From: Gammaproteobacteria bacterium
GTDB lineage: Bacteria > Pseudomonadota > Gammaproteobacteria > GCA-002705445 > GCA-002716945
Length of the DNA: 64,000 nt
Assembly (NCBI GenBank): GCA_016779485.1
Contig: JADHNN010000002.1
Span: 580-64,579, forward strand
Reading direction: 5' to 3'
Every line of letters starts with the position of its first letter. The stretch's first letter is position 1. Position numbers and translations under genes: made by a program. The notes below the pieces were generated by a model, which did not search any database, was not told the origin of the DNA, and saw only the letters and a list, made by a program, of their open reading frames with translations. This document shows, piece by piece, positions 19,965 to 30,596 of the stretch.

Positions 19965-21173
19965 ATGAAAGAAAGACGAGATACATATAATGTTAACGTT
20001 GGAGGTGTAGTCATAGGATCTTCTGAGCCTGTCAGAATACAATCGATGACTAATACTCCCACCGAAGACAGTTTAGCAACTGCTAATCAAATAAAAGAAT
20101 TAACTGATGCAGGTTCTGAGTTGGTTCGCGTGACTGTCAATAATGAAATAAGTGCTAAAAATATTATAAGAATCAGAGAGATATTGTATAAATCTAACTA
20201 TACGGTACCTATTATTGGAGACTTCCATTATAATGCTCATACACTCTTATCAGCATATCCAGAGACAGCAGCAGCCTTAGATAAGTATCGTCTTAACCCA
20301 GGTAATATTGGAGGTTTGAATAAATTTGATGATAATTTTGCACAAATTATAGCGATTGCGATTAAAAATGATAAACCGGTTCGTATTGGGGGCAATTGGG
20401 GTAGTTTAAGTAGACAATACCTAGAAAATACTATCGTAAATGGGGGAAAAAGTGCAGATTATGAATCTATTATAAAAGAAGGTCTAATAGATTCTGTTCT
20501 AAAATCTGCAAAGTATGCTGAAGATTTGGGATTACAATCTGATAAAATTATCCTATCTTGCAAAGTTTCATCTGTATCTCAATTAGTCGATGTTTACAGT
20601 GAGATAGCCACTAAATGTAAATATCCTCTTCATCTAGGATTAACTGAAGCGGGAATGGGAGATAATGCAGTAATATCGTCTGTAGCAGCGATATCAATCT
20701 TGCTAAATGAAGGTATTGGAGACACGATACGCGTATCCTTGACTCCTGATAAAATGGGTATTAGGACGAAAGAAGTGGAAGTTTGTAAAGATATTTTATC
20801 TAGTTTGAATCTAAAACAGTTTAAACCCAAGGTTATATCCTGCCCTGGTTGCGGGAGAACTTCTAGTAACTATTTTATTGATCTGACAAAAGATATAAAT
20901 AAACATATAGATAACAATATGTTAGAGTGGAAATCTAAATATATTGGTGTAGAGAATATTAATATTGCTGTAATGGGATGTATAGTAAATGGTCCTGGCG
21001 AGTCAAAACATGCGAATATTGGTATAAGCCTTCCAGGCACAAATGAGTCTCCGAGTGCTCCTGTATTCATAGACGGAGAAAAAGTCACTACATTAAAAGG
21101 TGATCATATTAGGGATGACTTCATAAAACTTGTAGAAGAGTATATTTCTAAAAAATATAAAAAAGTTAGTTAG
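19965..21173 (+). CDS. ispG: 4-hydroxy-3-methylbut-2-enyl diphosphate synthase
   Basis: VQSMTNT near the N-terminus and a C-terminal 4Fe-4S Cys triad (CPGCGR ... GCIVNGPGE). Confidence 0.9.
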   Translation: MKERRDTYNVNVGGVVIGSSEPVRIQSMTNTPTEDSLATANQIKELTDAGSELVRVTVNNEISAKNIIRIREILYKSNYTVPIIGDFHYNAHTLLSAYPETAAALDKYRLNPGNIGGLNKFDDNFAQIIAIAIKNDKPVRIGGNWGSLSRQYLENTIVNGGKSADYESIIKEGLIDSVLKSAKYAEDLGLQSDKIILSCKVSSVSQLVDVYSEIATKCKYPLHLGLTEAGMGDNAVISSVAAISILLNEGIGDTIRVSLTPDKMGIRTKEVEVCKDILSSLNLKQFKPKVISCPGCGRTSSNYFIDLTKDINKHIDNNMLEWKSKYIGVENINIAVMGCIVNGPGESKHANIGISLPGTNESPSAPVFIDGEKVTTLKGDHIRDDFIKLVEEYISKKYKKVS

Positions 21174-22020
21174 GCTTTATTGTTACTACTGTTCTATTAG
21201 GGTCTGTAATCCATTCACTCCAGGAACCAACATATAATTTAACATTTTTTATCCCTATTAATTCAAGAGCTAGAATATTATGGCATGCTGTAATACCTGA
21301 TCCGCACATGGATATAATGTCTTTTTCTTTGAGTTCATTAGAAATTTTATAAAAATTATGTTTTAACTCTTCTTTTGTTTTAAAGTTACCTGTTCTATCC
21401 AAATTAGTACCTAATGGATGAGAAATTGCGCCAGGGACATGTCCAGCTATTGGGTCGACCGGATCACTTATACCGTCATAACGTTCTTTTGAACGAGCAT
21501 CAATAAGTATGGTATTCATAGCATATTGAGCTTCTTCTACATCCTTAATTGATGCAATTAAGTTGTTATTCACATTTGGCTGAAAATATGACTTCTCAAA
21601 AATTGTCGGTGAAGTGGTAAGTTTATTACCATTTTTGACCCAAGAGTTTAGTCCACCATCTAAGACTGCAACATCATCGTGACCTAGCCATTTCATCATC
21701 CACCACAATCTTCCAGCAAAAGCTCCACCTGCATCATCATATATGACAACTTGCTTATTGTTGTTCATGCCCCAGTGTGATAATTTTTCACAAAACGTAT
21801 CAATATCTGGCAATGGATGGCGGCCAGTGCCCTGTTGTTTCTCACTTGCTAAATCATTATCTACATCCACAAATATAGAATTTTCAATGTGCCCTTCTGT
21901 ATATGAGTCAATTCCATATCCTCTGTCTTTTATATCGCAACGAGTATCAAAAATAATAAAATCTTTATTATTAATATTATTTTTAAGAACTGTCTCTGAA
22001 ATTATTGTTTTATATGACAT
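21166..22020 (-). CDS. sseA: 3-mercaptopyruvate/thiosulfate sulfurtransferase (two rhodanese domains)
   Basis: Tandem rhodanese domains with the catalytic loop CGSGITAC in domain 2. Collinear with E. coli SseA. Confidence 0.8.
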   Translation of the reverse strand: MSYKTIISETVLKNNINNKDFIIFDTRCDIKDRGYGIDSYTEGHIENSIFVDVDNDLASEKQQGTGRHPLPDIDTFCEKLSHWGMNNNKQVVIYDDAGGAFAGRLWWMMKWLGHDDVAVLDGGLNSWVKNGNKLTTSPTIFEKSYFQPNVNNNLIASIKDVEEAQYAMNTILIDARSKERYDGISDPVDPIAGHVPGAISHPLGTNLDRTGNFKTKEELKHNFYKISNELKEKDIISMCGSGITACHNILALELIGIKNVKLYVGSWSEWITDPNRTVVTIKPN

Positions 22021-22418
22021 TATATATAAATTCCTAAAAGAATTAATCCTAGAATAAGCGTTACTACATTCATCAGAACGCTTATTAAATGATATGTTTT
22101 AAACGACTTTTCATTGGCAGCGTCTCTTGCGTTATTAATTACTGGGATCATTAGCTTTCCTGAGATTGTAAGAATTGTCATAAACGCAATAAGACCTAAT
22201 AGCAATGAGTCCATGTAACTCATGAAAAATATATAAATTAAACCAGCAATTCCGAGAAAAATACCAAAGTTATAGTATTTAGGGAAGAATGCTCTTAAAA
22301 ATACTCCGGCTTCTTTTTCCTCTAATGATTTGAATACAGTAGGTGCAACCACTGCTGAAAAAAATATTATTACTCCACTCCATACAGAAATAATAACTAG
22401 AATTGAATTTATACTCAT
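22020..22418 (-). CDS. DUF4149-family small membrane protein
   Basis: 132 aa with four predicted TM helices, resembling DUF4149 (TMEM205-like). Confidence 0.45.
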   Translation of the reverse strand: MSINSILVIISVWSGVIIFFSAVVAPTVFKSLEEKEAGVFLRAFFPKYYNFGIFLGIAGLIYIFFMSYMDSLLLGLIAFMTILTISGKLMIPVINNARDAANEKSFKTYHLISVLMNVVTLILGLILLGIYI

Positions 22419-22476
22419 TTTAGACCTCCGATGTCTTAATATTTTGTAACAATGCCATAAATTTACTTAAAATTAT

Positions 22477-22550
22477 CGCGCTGAGGAGGATTCGAACCCC
22501 CGACCCCAAGCTTAGAAGGCTCGTGCTCTATCCAACTGAGCTATCAGCGC
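22477..22550 (-). tRNA. tRNA-Arg (anticodon TCT)
   Basis: 74-nt cloverleaf derived by hand: acceptor GCGCUGA/UCAGCGC, anticodon loop CUUCUAA, T-loop UUCGAAU, discriminator G. No encoded CCA. Confidence 0.85.
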
Positions 22551-22551
22551 A

Positions 22552-23484
22552 TTAATCTTTATCAATAATTCTGAGTTTATCAGAAATATTCTTAGTTGGT
22601 TCTAAGCCACCTATTGTACGCATTTTCTCAACTTTGTTAACAAGATTTTGCGTTCTCTTTTTACCTGAATCTATTGACTTGTTAGCTTGCTCCAATGACT
22701 TCTCAAGATCTTCAAATGCATCTCCTACTAATCTTGTTTTATCATAAATATCTGTTGCAGCTTTAATAATCAAATTAGTTGCTTCAGATTGCCTTTTACT
22801 ACTCCATATTCTTGAAATTATCTGCAAAATAGCAATTAAAGTTGTAGGTCCCACAATAGCAATTTTTTCATTGACTGCTTTTTTGATCATGTCTTCATCA
22901 CAAGCAAGTATGTAGGCTCCTTCAATGGGCATAAACATTACTATCAGATCAAGAGATTCATCATTAAATAGATTTCTATAATTAGATGAAGTTAAAGACT
23001 TTATATGATTTTTAACAGAATTTTGATGCTTTTTATAGAAGTTATCTTTGTTTATTTGATCATTTGCATTCAGATATCCATTGTAATCAGATAAGGAAAC
23101 TTTAGAATCAATTATTACTTTCTTGCCATCAGGCAATTTCACAATTATATCAGGGATAGATCCGCCGATACCCTTTTGCTCATCATAGTTCACGCCCTTT
23201 TTAAATCCCGCACTCTCAAGTATAACTTTTAAATTAATTTCACCAAATTTACCAGCAACAGACCCTCCTTTTGTGAGCAAAGTATACATTTCATTCATAT
23301 TGTCTGAGCTCTTACTTGTTGTCTGCTCCAATTGTTTAATTGAGTCTTTCAAATTCTCAAGTGAATTATCATTATTATTAGATAAATTATTGTTTTCTTC
23401 TGTATTTTTAATTAGCTTAAATAGCAGATAGAGATTTATAGACACGAGAATGATTAGTGCTAAATATTCTAAATTTATAATCAT
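22552..23484 (-). CDS. rmuC: DNA recombination protein RmuC
   Basis: N-terminal TM, coiled coil and a C-terminal RmuC domain. 310 aa. Confidence 0.8.
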   Translation of the reverse strand: MIINLEYLALIILVSINLYLLFKLIKNTEENNNLSNNNDNSLENLKDSIKQLEQTTSKSSDNMNEMYTLLTKGGSVAGKFGEINLKVILESAGFKKGVNYDEQKGIGGSIPDIIVKLPDGKKVIIDSKVSLSDYNGYLNANDQINKDNFYKKHQNSVKNHIKSLTSSNYRNLFNDESLDLIVMFMPIEGAYILACDEDMIKKAVNEKIAIVGPTTLIAILQIISRIWSSKRQSEATNLIIKAATDIYDKTRLVGDAFEDLEKSLEQANKSIDSGKKRTQNLVNKVEKMRTIGGLEPTKNISDKLRIIDKD

Positions 23485-23588
23485 ATCTCATTATACACCT
23501 AACAATAAAATAGATGATAATCCTTAATAGCTTTGATAATCTTTATTTTAGTAAATGAATTACAAGTCTTTAGTCAGGGAGAATATTT

Positions 23589-24986
23589 ATGGTAAACAGT
23601 ATCGTTTGGTTTAGGAATGATCTAAGGATAACTGATAATGCAGTCATAAATTACTGTTTAGAAAATAAACGAAAAGTGCTTCCTGTCTATATTCATTACC
23701 CCTCGACTTCATTAGGGTCTGCAAGCAAGTGGTGGCTCAAGCACAGTCTAATATCACTGAATAAATCGTTAAAAGGTAACCTTATTGTAATTGAAGGTAA
23801 CCCTAACAAGACACTCTTAGATTTAGTGAATAAGAATGGCATCAAAGAAATTCTCTGGAATGAGCGTTATTCAAAAAATGATGTAAATCAAGACAATGAA
23901 ATCATAAATTTATTAAAAAATAATAATGTTAGGTGTATAACCTTTCACTCATGCTTACTAAAAAATCCACAGAATACGCTCAAAAAAGATGCTACTCCAT
24001 TTAGAGTTTATACCCCATTTTATAAACAACAATACCAGGACATGGCGTATGAATTATTTGATTATAATACTGAAGAAATTGACTATGTACATTGTAATAA
24101 TAACGAGCAAAACTCAAAAATTTTGGATGTAGCTATAAAGACAGAAAAATGGCATGAAAAACTGCTTGATCAATGGTCTCCTGGTGAAGTTGGAGCTCAG
24201 GAAAAATTAAAAGTATTTTTATCACATGGCCTAAAAGGATACACCGAAGGAAGAAACAGGCCCGATAAGCAGCATACATCAATGTTATCCCCGCATATAC
24301 GGTTTGGTGAAATCTCAATTAGAGAAGTTGCTAAATCTTTAGAAAATATAAATACAGAAGATGCTGAGATTTTTTATAAAGAACTTGTTTGGAGAGAATT
24401 CTCCTATCATCTGCTCTATCACTTCCCTCATTTGGTGGATACAAATCTTCAAAAGAAATTTGATAATTTTAAATGGCTGGATAATCAGGATCATCTCAAG
24501 AGTTGGCAAAAAGGTATGACCGGTTACCCAATAATTGATGCGGGTATGAGGCAGCTATATGAAACAGGCTATATGCATAATAGAGTACGTATGATAGTAG
24601 GATCTTTTTTAGTAAAAAATCTAATGATTCATTGGAAATATGGCCAAGAATGGTTTTGGGACACCCTTGTTGATGCAGATATTGCGAGTAACAGTGCAAG
24701 TTGGCAATGGGTTGCCGGTACTGGAGCAGATGCTGCGCCGTATTTTAGGATATTTAATCCAGTAACTCAAAGTAAGAAATTTGATCCTAATGGTGATTAC
24801 ATTAAAAAATATGTCCCTGAATTAAAAAATATTCCTATTAAATACATACATTTACCTAGTGAACTTGATGCTAAAAGTTTAAGAAGCTATGGTGTTGAAC
24901 TTGGTAATGACTACCCAAAACCTATCGTAGATCTATCCATCACGAGAGAAAGAGCATTAGATGCATTTAAAAAACTCTCAAAATGA
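23589..24986 (+). CDS. phrB: deoxyribodipyrimidine (CPD) photolyase, class I
   Basis: 465 aa with an N-terminal IVWFRNDLRITDN and a C-terminal FAD-binding region WREF...W...GYP..DA.MRQL...G..HNR.RM. GEVGAQEKL lies about 200 residues in, ahead of the FAD-binding region. Confidence 0.9.
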   Translation: MVNSIVWFRNDLRITDNAVINYCLENKRKVLPVYIHYPSTSLGSASKWWLKHSLISLNKSLKGNLIVIEGNPNKTLLDLVNKNGIKEILWNERYSKNDVNQDNEIINLLKNNNVRCITFHSCLLKNPQNTLKKDATPFRVYTPFYKQQYQDMAYELFDYNTEEIDYVHCNNNEQNSKILDVAIKTEKWHEKLLDQWSPGEVGAQEKLKVFLSHGLKGYTEGRNRPDKQHTSMLSPHIRFGEISIREVAKSLENINTEDAEIFYKELVWREFSYHLLYHFPHLVDTNLQKKFDNFKWLDNQDHLKSWQKGMTGYPIIDAGMRQLYETGYMHNRVRMIVGSFLVKNLMIHWKYGQEWFWDTLVDADIASNSASWQWVAGTGADAAPYFRIFNPVTQSKKFDPNGDYIKKYVPELKNIPIKYIHLPSELDAKSLRSYGVELGNDYPKPIVDLSITRERALDAFKKLSK

Positions 24987-24991
24987 ACTAG

Positions 24992-25849
24992 TTAAAATGC
25001 GCCTCCAAACCCTATTACTTGATCAACTGCTGGGCGATTATCCATTATAAAGCTTGTTCTATTATTTGGTGATTTTCCAAAAGGCACTGTCCAAGAAAAA
25101 TAAACACTTCCCCCTTTGGTTTCAGGTGTTAAAGCGTTATTGATTGTGTATCTATCTCCACCAAGAGTTATAAAAGATTTTTCAAGATCATATGTAGCTT
25201 TTAGACTCAATATGCCCATGTCCGCTTCATCTACATCACTACTTGCTTGAATTTTTCTCTCGTATTCTGAATAATGCTTGGATGCAATTAAATTAATTTT
25301 GTTCGAAATAGGTAACTGATAAGTAATGTGATAATAAATAAGCTCATCGACATGCCAACTGTTAATTTCATGGTTTGTTGTCCCTGCTCCTACACCCAGG
25401 ATTAGAGAGTCTGTGGCATACCCAATGCTAGCAAGATAGCTATTTACATTTGCGTTAGCTGAGCCATTTTCATTTTCTTCACTGAATATGTAGCCAAGAT
25501 TGATAAAACTAGTTGAATTTTCATAATGTCTGAGATGTAAGAGATCTAAATTAAGAGCACCTTCTATCGCATCGTCTTCTGGTTCTGCTATGTTCCCAGA
25601 TTGCTGATAAACAATAACTTTAGCGTGTATTATACCTTCTGTATCCTGACTTAGTTTTTTCCCAACCCAACCATCTATTGAGAAAGGTTGATATAACGTT
25701 GGTGTGGAATTTAACGAACCGGTCTCCTTACCCCAATCAAGCTGACCGACTGATAGCGAATAAGAACCATATAGATCAGAACTTATTTTTTGATTAGATA
25801 TGCTATTCGCATCTCCGCCTGCATAAGACGTATTTACAATAAATATCAA
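24992..25849 (-). CDS. outer-membrane beta-barrel protein (porin-like). The annotated TTG start probably truncates the N-terminus; see finding at 25847-25910.
   Basis: The C-terminus ends in ...GFGGAF (aromatic terminal residue typical of OMPs). Alternating amphipathic strands. The in-frame upstream extension encodes a classic signal peptide KKIIKNSLFALIFIVNTSYA but has no ATG in frame. Confidence 0.5.
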   Translation of the reverse strand: MIFIVNTSYAGGDANSISNQKISSDLYGSYSLSVGQLDWGKETGSLNSTPTLYQPFSIDGWVGKKLSQDTEGIIHAKVIVYQQSGNIAEPEDDAIEGALNLDLLHLRHYENSTSFINLGYIFSEENENGSANANVNSYLASIGYATDSLILGVGAGTTNHEINSWHVDELIYYHITYQLPISNKINLIASKHYSEYERKIQASSDVDEADMGILSLKATYDLEKSFITLGGDRYTINNALTPETKGGSVYFSWTVPFGKSPNNRTSFIMDNRPAVDQVIGFGGAF

Positions 25850-25991
25850 TGCAAATAAGCTGTTTTTGATAATTTTCTTTTGGCTCCCATATTTTTCTCC
25901 CTGAATTTAGATAGAATCTACTAAATTTTCCCCTTCTAACTGCTCCACTGTAACACAGAAACAAGCTATTGGTCTTAACTATCTGTAATTT

Positions 25992-26079
25992 TGGAGAAGG
26001 AGGGATTCGAACCCTCGATAGGGAAAAACCCTATAACACCTTAGCAGGGTGCCGCTTTCAGCCGCTCAGCCACTTCTCC
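25992..26079 (-). tRNA. tRNA-Ser (anticodon GCT)
   Basis: 88-nt tRNA with a long variable arm (AUAGGG/CCCUAU), anticodon loop CUGCUAA and T-loop UUCGAAU. Lies 14 nt downstream of csrA, as with E. coli csrA-serV. Confidence 0.85.
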
Positions 26080-26093
26080 ATGTATGTCCTTGA

Positions 26094-26279
26094 TTACTTT
26101 GTAGCAGTTTCAGAAGAATCTTCGTTAATTTTATCGTAAATTTCTTCTCTATGAACTTTAACGTCTTTTGGAGCATTGATACCTAATCTAATTTGACTGC
26201 CTTTTACCCCTAAAACAACAATCTTCGTATCATTTCCGACCATCAAAGCCTCTCCTACACGCCTAGTTAATATAAGCAT
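26094..26279 (-). CDS. csrA: carbon storage regulator CsrA
   Basis: 61 aa, [10 protein letters not shown]...[19 protein letters not shown]. Confidence 0.95.
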   Translation of the reverse strand: MLILTRRVGEALMVGNDTKIVVLGVKGSQIRLGINAPKDVKVHREEIYDKINEDSSETATK

Positions 26280-26303
26280 GGTACCCCTCCTTATGTAGCC
26301 AGA

Positions 26304-27515
26304 TTATTTCCTTTCTAGCTTGAATTCATTATGTAACGCCTTTACAGCGTTTTCTAGGTTTTTTTGATCAATAACTACAGATATTTTAATTTCAGATGTT
26401 GAAATCATTCTTATATTAATCTTTTTCTTGGCAAGACACGTAAACATTTGCCCTGCTATACCCGCATGAGATCTCATTCCTACACCGATTAAAGATACTT
26501 TAACTATATTTTTAGTAGCAGATACTTCTTCGTAGTTCATTTTTTTCTTATTTTTTTCAATTACTTGTATAGCTTTATTGAAGTCTTTTCTACTAACTGT
26601 AAACGTAAAATCCGCTAAACCATTAGATCCCACATTTTGTACTATCATATCTACCTCTATATCAGCCTCACCGATGGGACCGAGTATAGATGCGGCTATC
26701 CCAGGAGAATCCTTAACGCCTCTTATCATGATTTCTGACTCGTCTTTAGTGAATGCTAAGCCCGATATTAATGCGTCTTCCACGTTTTTTTCCTCCTTTT
26801 TAATTAAAGTTCCTATTCCTTCTTTATGTGCATGCATAACTCTCACAGGAACATTATACTTACTTGCAAATTCAACTGATCTTAATTGTAACACTTTAGA
26901 CCCTAGACCTGACATCTCAAGCATTTCCTCATATGTAACTACATCAATTTTCCTTGCAGAATCACAAACTCTTGGATCTGTTGTATAGACACCATCCACG
27001 TCAGTAAAAATTTGACATTCTGAGGCTTTTAAAGCTGCAGCTATAGCAACGGCAGATGTATCAGAACCTCCTCGACCAAGAGTAGTTATTGATCCATTAT
27101 TTACACCTTGAAAACCAGCTACAATGACAACTTTTTTTTGCTTCAAATCATTTTTTATTTTGCTAGCATTTATATTTATGATCCTTGCAGAGGAGTATGA
27201 ATTATTAGTTTTTATTCCAGCTTGCCATCCTGTATATGCAACAGAATCTACTCCTAAGTCCTTTAAGGCCATTGACAGTAAAGATATACTCACTTGTTCC
27301 CCAGATGAAACCAATAGATCATAATCTCTTAAATCTGGGTTTTTAGAGCACTTTTTAGCTAGTGAAACTAAATGATCTGTTGTTTTTCCCATAGCAGATA
27401 AAACAACAACGATTTTATTAATTTTGGATTCCGATGCAACTTTCTTAGCAATATTTTTGATTTTTGTAGCAGTTGCAACTGATGTGCCGCCATATTTCTT
27501 TACAATTAATCTCAT
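26304..27515 (-). CDS. lysC: aspartate kinase
   Basis: Begins KYGGTSV and has C-terminal ACT domains. The alaS-lysC-csrA order matches Legionella and Coxiella. Confidence 0.9.
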   Translation of the reverse strand: MRLIVKKYGGTSVATATKIKNIAKKVASESKINKIVVVLSAMGKTTDHLVSLAKKCSKNPDLRDYDLLVSSGEQVSISLLSMALKDLGVDSVAYTGWQAGIKTNNSYSSARIININASKIKNDLKQKKVVIVAGFQGVNNGSITTLGRGGSDTSAVAIAAALKASECQIFTDVDGVYTTDPRVCDSARKIDVVTYEEMLEMSGLGSKVLQLRSVEFASKYNVPVRVMHAHKEGIGTLIKKEEKNVEDALISGLAFTKDESEIMIRGVKDSPGIAASILGPIGEADIEVDMIVQNVGSNGLADFTFTVSRKDFNKAIQVIEKNKKKMNYEEVSATKNIVKVSLIGVGMRSHAGIAGQMFTCLAKKKINIRMISTSEIKISVVIDQKNLENAVKALHNEFKLERK

Positions 27516-30085
27516 TGAGTTATTTCTTTTAAATAATCTTTTAAATCAATAATGTTAATATCATTTAGTATACAAGTAGAGAAAGTATCACTGCCTCCAC
27601 CCTTTCCTGAAAATTTGTCATTAACAGCCTTGGTTAATTGTTTCGCATTATAACTAGAAAGAATATTTTTAGAAACTGATATGTAGCAATAAATACTATT
27701 ATCAAAAGACGTAATAAAAAATGAAATACATTCACTAGTATTTGATTTAATTATATCTGATAGTAACTTAACTTCATTAGAATCAATACTATCTAACTCC
27801 TCAATGAACAATGAAATTTTATTTTTTATTTTTATAGGTTGGTAGGTTAAAAACAAATTTGTTAAATAATCTTTCGAATACAAAATATTCTTATTCTTAA
27901 GATCTTTATTATTCTTTTTAAGAAGATTAATTTTATTGATAACATTATCAGGTGTAGCTTGAAACTCTTTGCAAATCATATTAAGAATAGAAATATTTTC
28001 ATTTAGATAATTAACTACACGAGGTCCAGTAACACATTCAATACGTCTTACCCCATTAGCTACACTAGACTGATTTATTATCTTAAAAGCGCCAATTTCA
28101 GAGGTAGATTCAACATGTGTACCACCACATAATTCGACCGAACTTTTCCCAATGCTAACTACTCGAACATCATGGTCATATTTTTCTTCAAAAAAAGCGA
28201 GAGCACCTGATTCAATTGCTTTGTCATAACTTACTATTTTACTCTCAGTAGCATATGATTTGTCAATTTCACCATTAATGGACTGTTCTATATTATCTAT
28301 TTCATTTTCACTTAGCGGTTTGTTGTGCGTAAAATCAAATCTAAATCCGGTTTGTGAAACTGATGAGCCTCTTTGTTGGACATGCTGTCCTAAAATATTT
28401 CTAAGGTAATGATGAAGAAGATGTGTTGACGAATGATTACATGCAACTTTTTTTCTGTGAATTACATCATAACTTGAAACTACATTATCATTTACTTGAA
28501 ATTTACCTGATACTAAAATACATTCATGAATAATAATATTATTAATTTTTTGTACATCTACTACGTTAAATTCAGAATCTGCTGATGATATTTTTCCTAC
28601 ATCAGAAATCTGTCCACCGCCTTCTGGGTAGAGGCATGTATCAGAGAGAATTATGGAATAATTATTATTTATCAATGATGCTTCCTTAACTTCATTGTTT
28701 TCATGATAAATTGCTAATACTTTTGCTTTATGATTGTTCTTGTTGTATCCAATGAAGCTTGTTTGATGATTAGCATCTAATTTAAAAATTGATTTATCCA
28801 TAAATGATTTACTGCCTCTGGCTTTCTCTTTTTGGGCCAACATTAATTTTTCATAACCTTGCTTATCCAATGATATTTTGTTCTCTAGAGCTATCTCTTC
28901 TGTAATTTCATAAGGAAATCCATATGTGTCATAAAGAGTGAATATTGTATCTGCATCAAGAGTAGCATTGTTTTTCAAGTGCGCATCTATCATATCAATT
29001 CCTTTACCAAGTGTTTTAAGATATTTTATTTCCTCGGTTTTAATAGTTTCTGAAATTTTATTTATATTTTTTTTAAGATCAGGAAAGTCTGAACTTGTGT
29101 TACAGATAACTTCTGAACATTCAAATAAAAATGGATCTTTAATATTATGCTTGTATAGAAAACGAGATGATCTTCTCAATATTCTTCTCAATACATAACC
29201 TCTACCTTCTCGATCAGGTATTACATTATCACTTATCAAATGACAGCAAGCGCGTATGTGATCCAATAGGATTTTCTTTACATATTTTGAATTACCAGTA
29301 AGTTTAATTCTAGAATTGATAAATTTATTTAATTCATAAAAAATTGAAGAATCATAATTATCTGATAATCCTTCCACGATAGCTTGAATTCTCTCTAAAC
29401 CCATGCCTGTATCAACACATTTTTGAGGAAGTTCTTCTAGATTACCTGAAGAGGTTTTGTTGTATTGTGTAAATACAAGATTCCATATTTCAATATATCT
29501 ATCTTTAGGATCTCCTTCAGTTGGAAGCACGCCATCATATTTATGCCCAAGATCATAATATATTTCAGAACATGGCCCACAAGGCCCCGTCTCGCCCATT
29601 TGCCAAAAATTATCCTCGTCACCTAATACTAAAACTTTATTTGGATTAATCTTTATTTTATCAATCCATATATTCTTTGATTCTTCATCAGATTCATGAA
29701 CAGATACATAAAGTTTTTCTGAATCAAGTGATAGATTATTTATAAGAAAGTCCCAAGCATATTCAATGGCATTTTCTTTAAAGTAATCTCCAAAACTAAA
29801 ATTTCCTAACATTTCAAAAAATGAGTGATGTCTGGTAGTGAAGCCAATATTATCTAAATCATTATGTTTACCACCTGCTCTCATGCATTTCTGACAGGAG
29901 ACAATTGCTTTATCTTTTGGTTTTACATTACCTAGGAAAATATCTTTAAATTGCACCATACCAGAATTAACAAATAATAAAGATTTGTCATTATTGGGAA
30001 TTAGTGGGCTTGATGAATATTCTACATGCCCTTTACTTTTAAAGTAATCTATAAAGAGCTTTTTAACATTCATCTTTGTATTCAT
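27512..30085 (-). CDS. alaS: alanine--tRNA ligase
   Basis: 857 aa, containing a class II catalytic core, editing domain and C-Ala domain. Confidence 0.98.
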   Translation of the reverse strand: MNTKMNVKKLFIDYFKSKGHVEYSSSPLIPNNDKSLLFVNSGMVQFKDIFLGNVKPKDKAIVSCQKCMRAGGKHNDLDNIGFTTRHHSFFEMLGNFSFGDYFKENAIEYAWDFLINNLSLDSEKLYVSVHESDEESKNIWIDKIKINPNKVLVLGDEDNFWQMGETGPCGPCSEIYYDLGHKYDGVLPTEGDPKDRYIEIWNLVFTQYNKTSSGNLEELPQKCVDTGMGLERIQAIVEGLSDNYDSSIFYELNKFINSRIKLTGNSKYVKKILLDHIRACCHLISDNVIPDREGRGYVLRRILRRSSRFLYKHNIKDPFLFECSEVICNTSSDFPDLKKNINKISETIKTEEIKYLKTLGKGIDMIDAHLKNNATLDADTIFTLYDTYGFPYEITEEIALENKISLDKQGYEKLMLAQKEKARGSKSFMDKSIFKLDANHQTSFIGYNKNNHKAKVLAIYHENNEVKEASLINNNYSIILSDTCLYPEGGGQISDVGKISSADSEFNVVDVQKINNIIIHECILVSGKFQVNDNVVSSYDVIHRKKVACNHSSTHLLHHYLRNILGQHVQQRGSSVSQTGFRFDFTHNKPLSENEIDNIEQSINGEIDKSYATESKIVSYDKAIESGALAFFEEKYDHDVRVVSIGKSSVELCGGTHVESTSEIGAFKIINQSSVANGVRRIECVTGPRVVNYLNENISILNMICKEFQATPDNVINKINLLKKNNKDLKNKNILYSKDYLTNLFLTYQPIKIKNKISLFIEELDSIDSNEVKLLSDIIKSNTSECISFFITSFDNSIYCYISVSKNILSSYNAKQLTKAVNDKFSGKGGGSDTFSTCILNDINIIDLKDYLKEITQ

Positions 30086-30596
30086 CTAAAGCATATTTTA
30101 TCATTTTATGGTCAAAGCCTCGACCAATTAAAAAGGAATATATTTTTTCCTTATTGATATCTGATGATGCTCCCTTTATTTTTTTTTCTAACGCATTAAA
30201 TGCGCATGTCTGCCACATTTCATCTGATATTTCATAAAGCTTATTATTGATTAGACTATCTGGTATTCCTCTTGCAGATAATTCAGATGATATCAATCTA
30301 GGTCCTTTATTCTTTTTTAATCTTGATCTAATGAATTCTTCAGTAAATCTTACATCACACTGAATATTCTTCAAAGAAAATTCATTTAAACAAATGTCGA
30401 TTTGATCACTCTCAAATCCTTTTGAAAAAAGTTTGTTTTTGAGTTCTAATTTCGAGTGTTCTCTTATGCTCAAGTACTTTGTAATAAGTTTCGTAATATC
30501 ACTATTCAGATTCTTTGGCATCTTTCTTGTTATCTTCTTTTGTAACCTCTTTGCCTGTTGTTGCTGCAATAATTTTATTTTCAATGTCTTTAGCAA
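30063..30596 (-). CDS. recX: recombination regulator RecX. The true start is likely the internal Met at 30521, which gives about 7 aa before the conserved ...YLSIREHS helix.
   Basis: Downstream of recA. The three-helix-repeat protein shows a RecX-like alignment to E. coli OraA. Confidence 0.75.
   Translation of the reverse strand: MLKTLKIKLLQQQQAKRLQKKITRKMPKNLNSDITKLITKYLSIREHSKLELKNKLFSKGFESDQIDICLNEFSLKNIQCDVRFTEEFIRSRLKKNKGPRLISSELSARGIPDSLINNKLYEISDEMWQTCAFNALEKKIKGASSDINKEKIYSFLIGRGFDHKMIKYALDEYKDEC

Noticed and set aside
22419-22560. The tRNA-Arg(TCT) locus as a possible integration site for a mobile element
   Set aside because: The flanking genes (DUF4149 membrane protein, sseA, rmuC, phrB) include no integrase, phage or IS genes. 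There is no direct repeat of the tRNA 3' end nearby.
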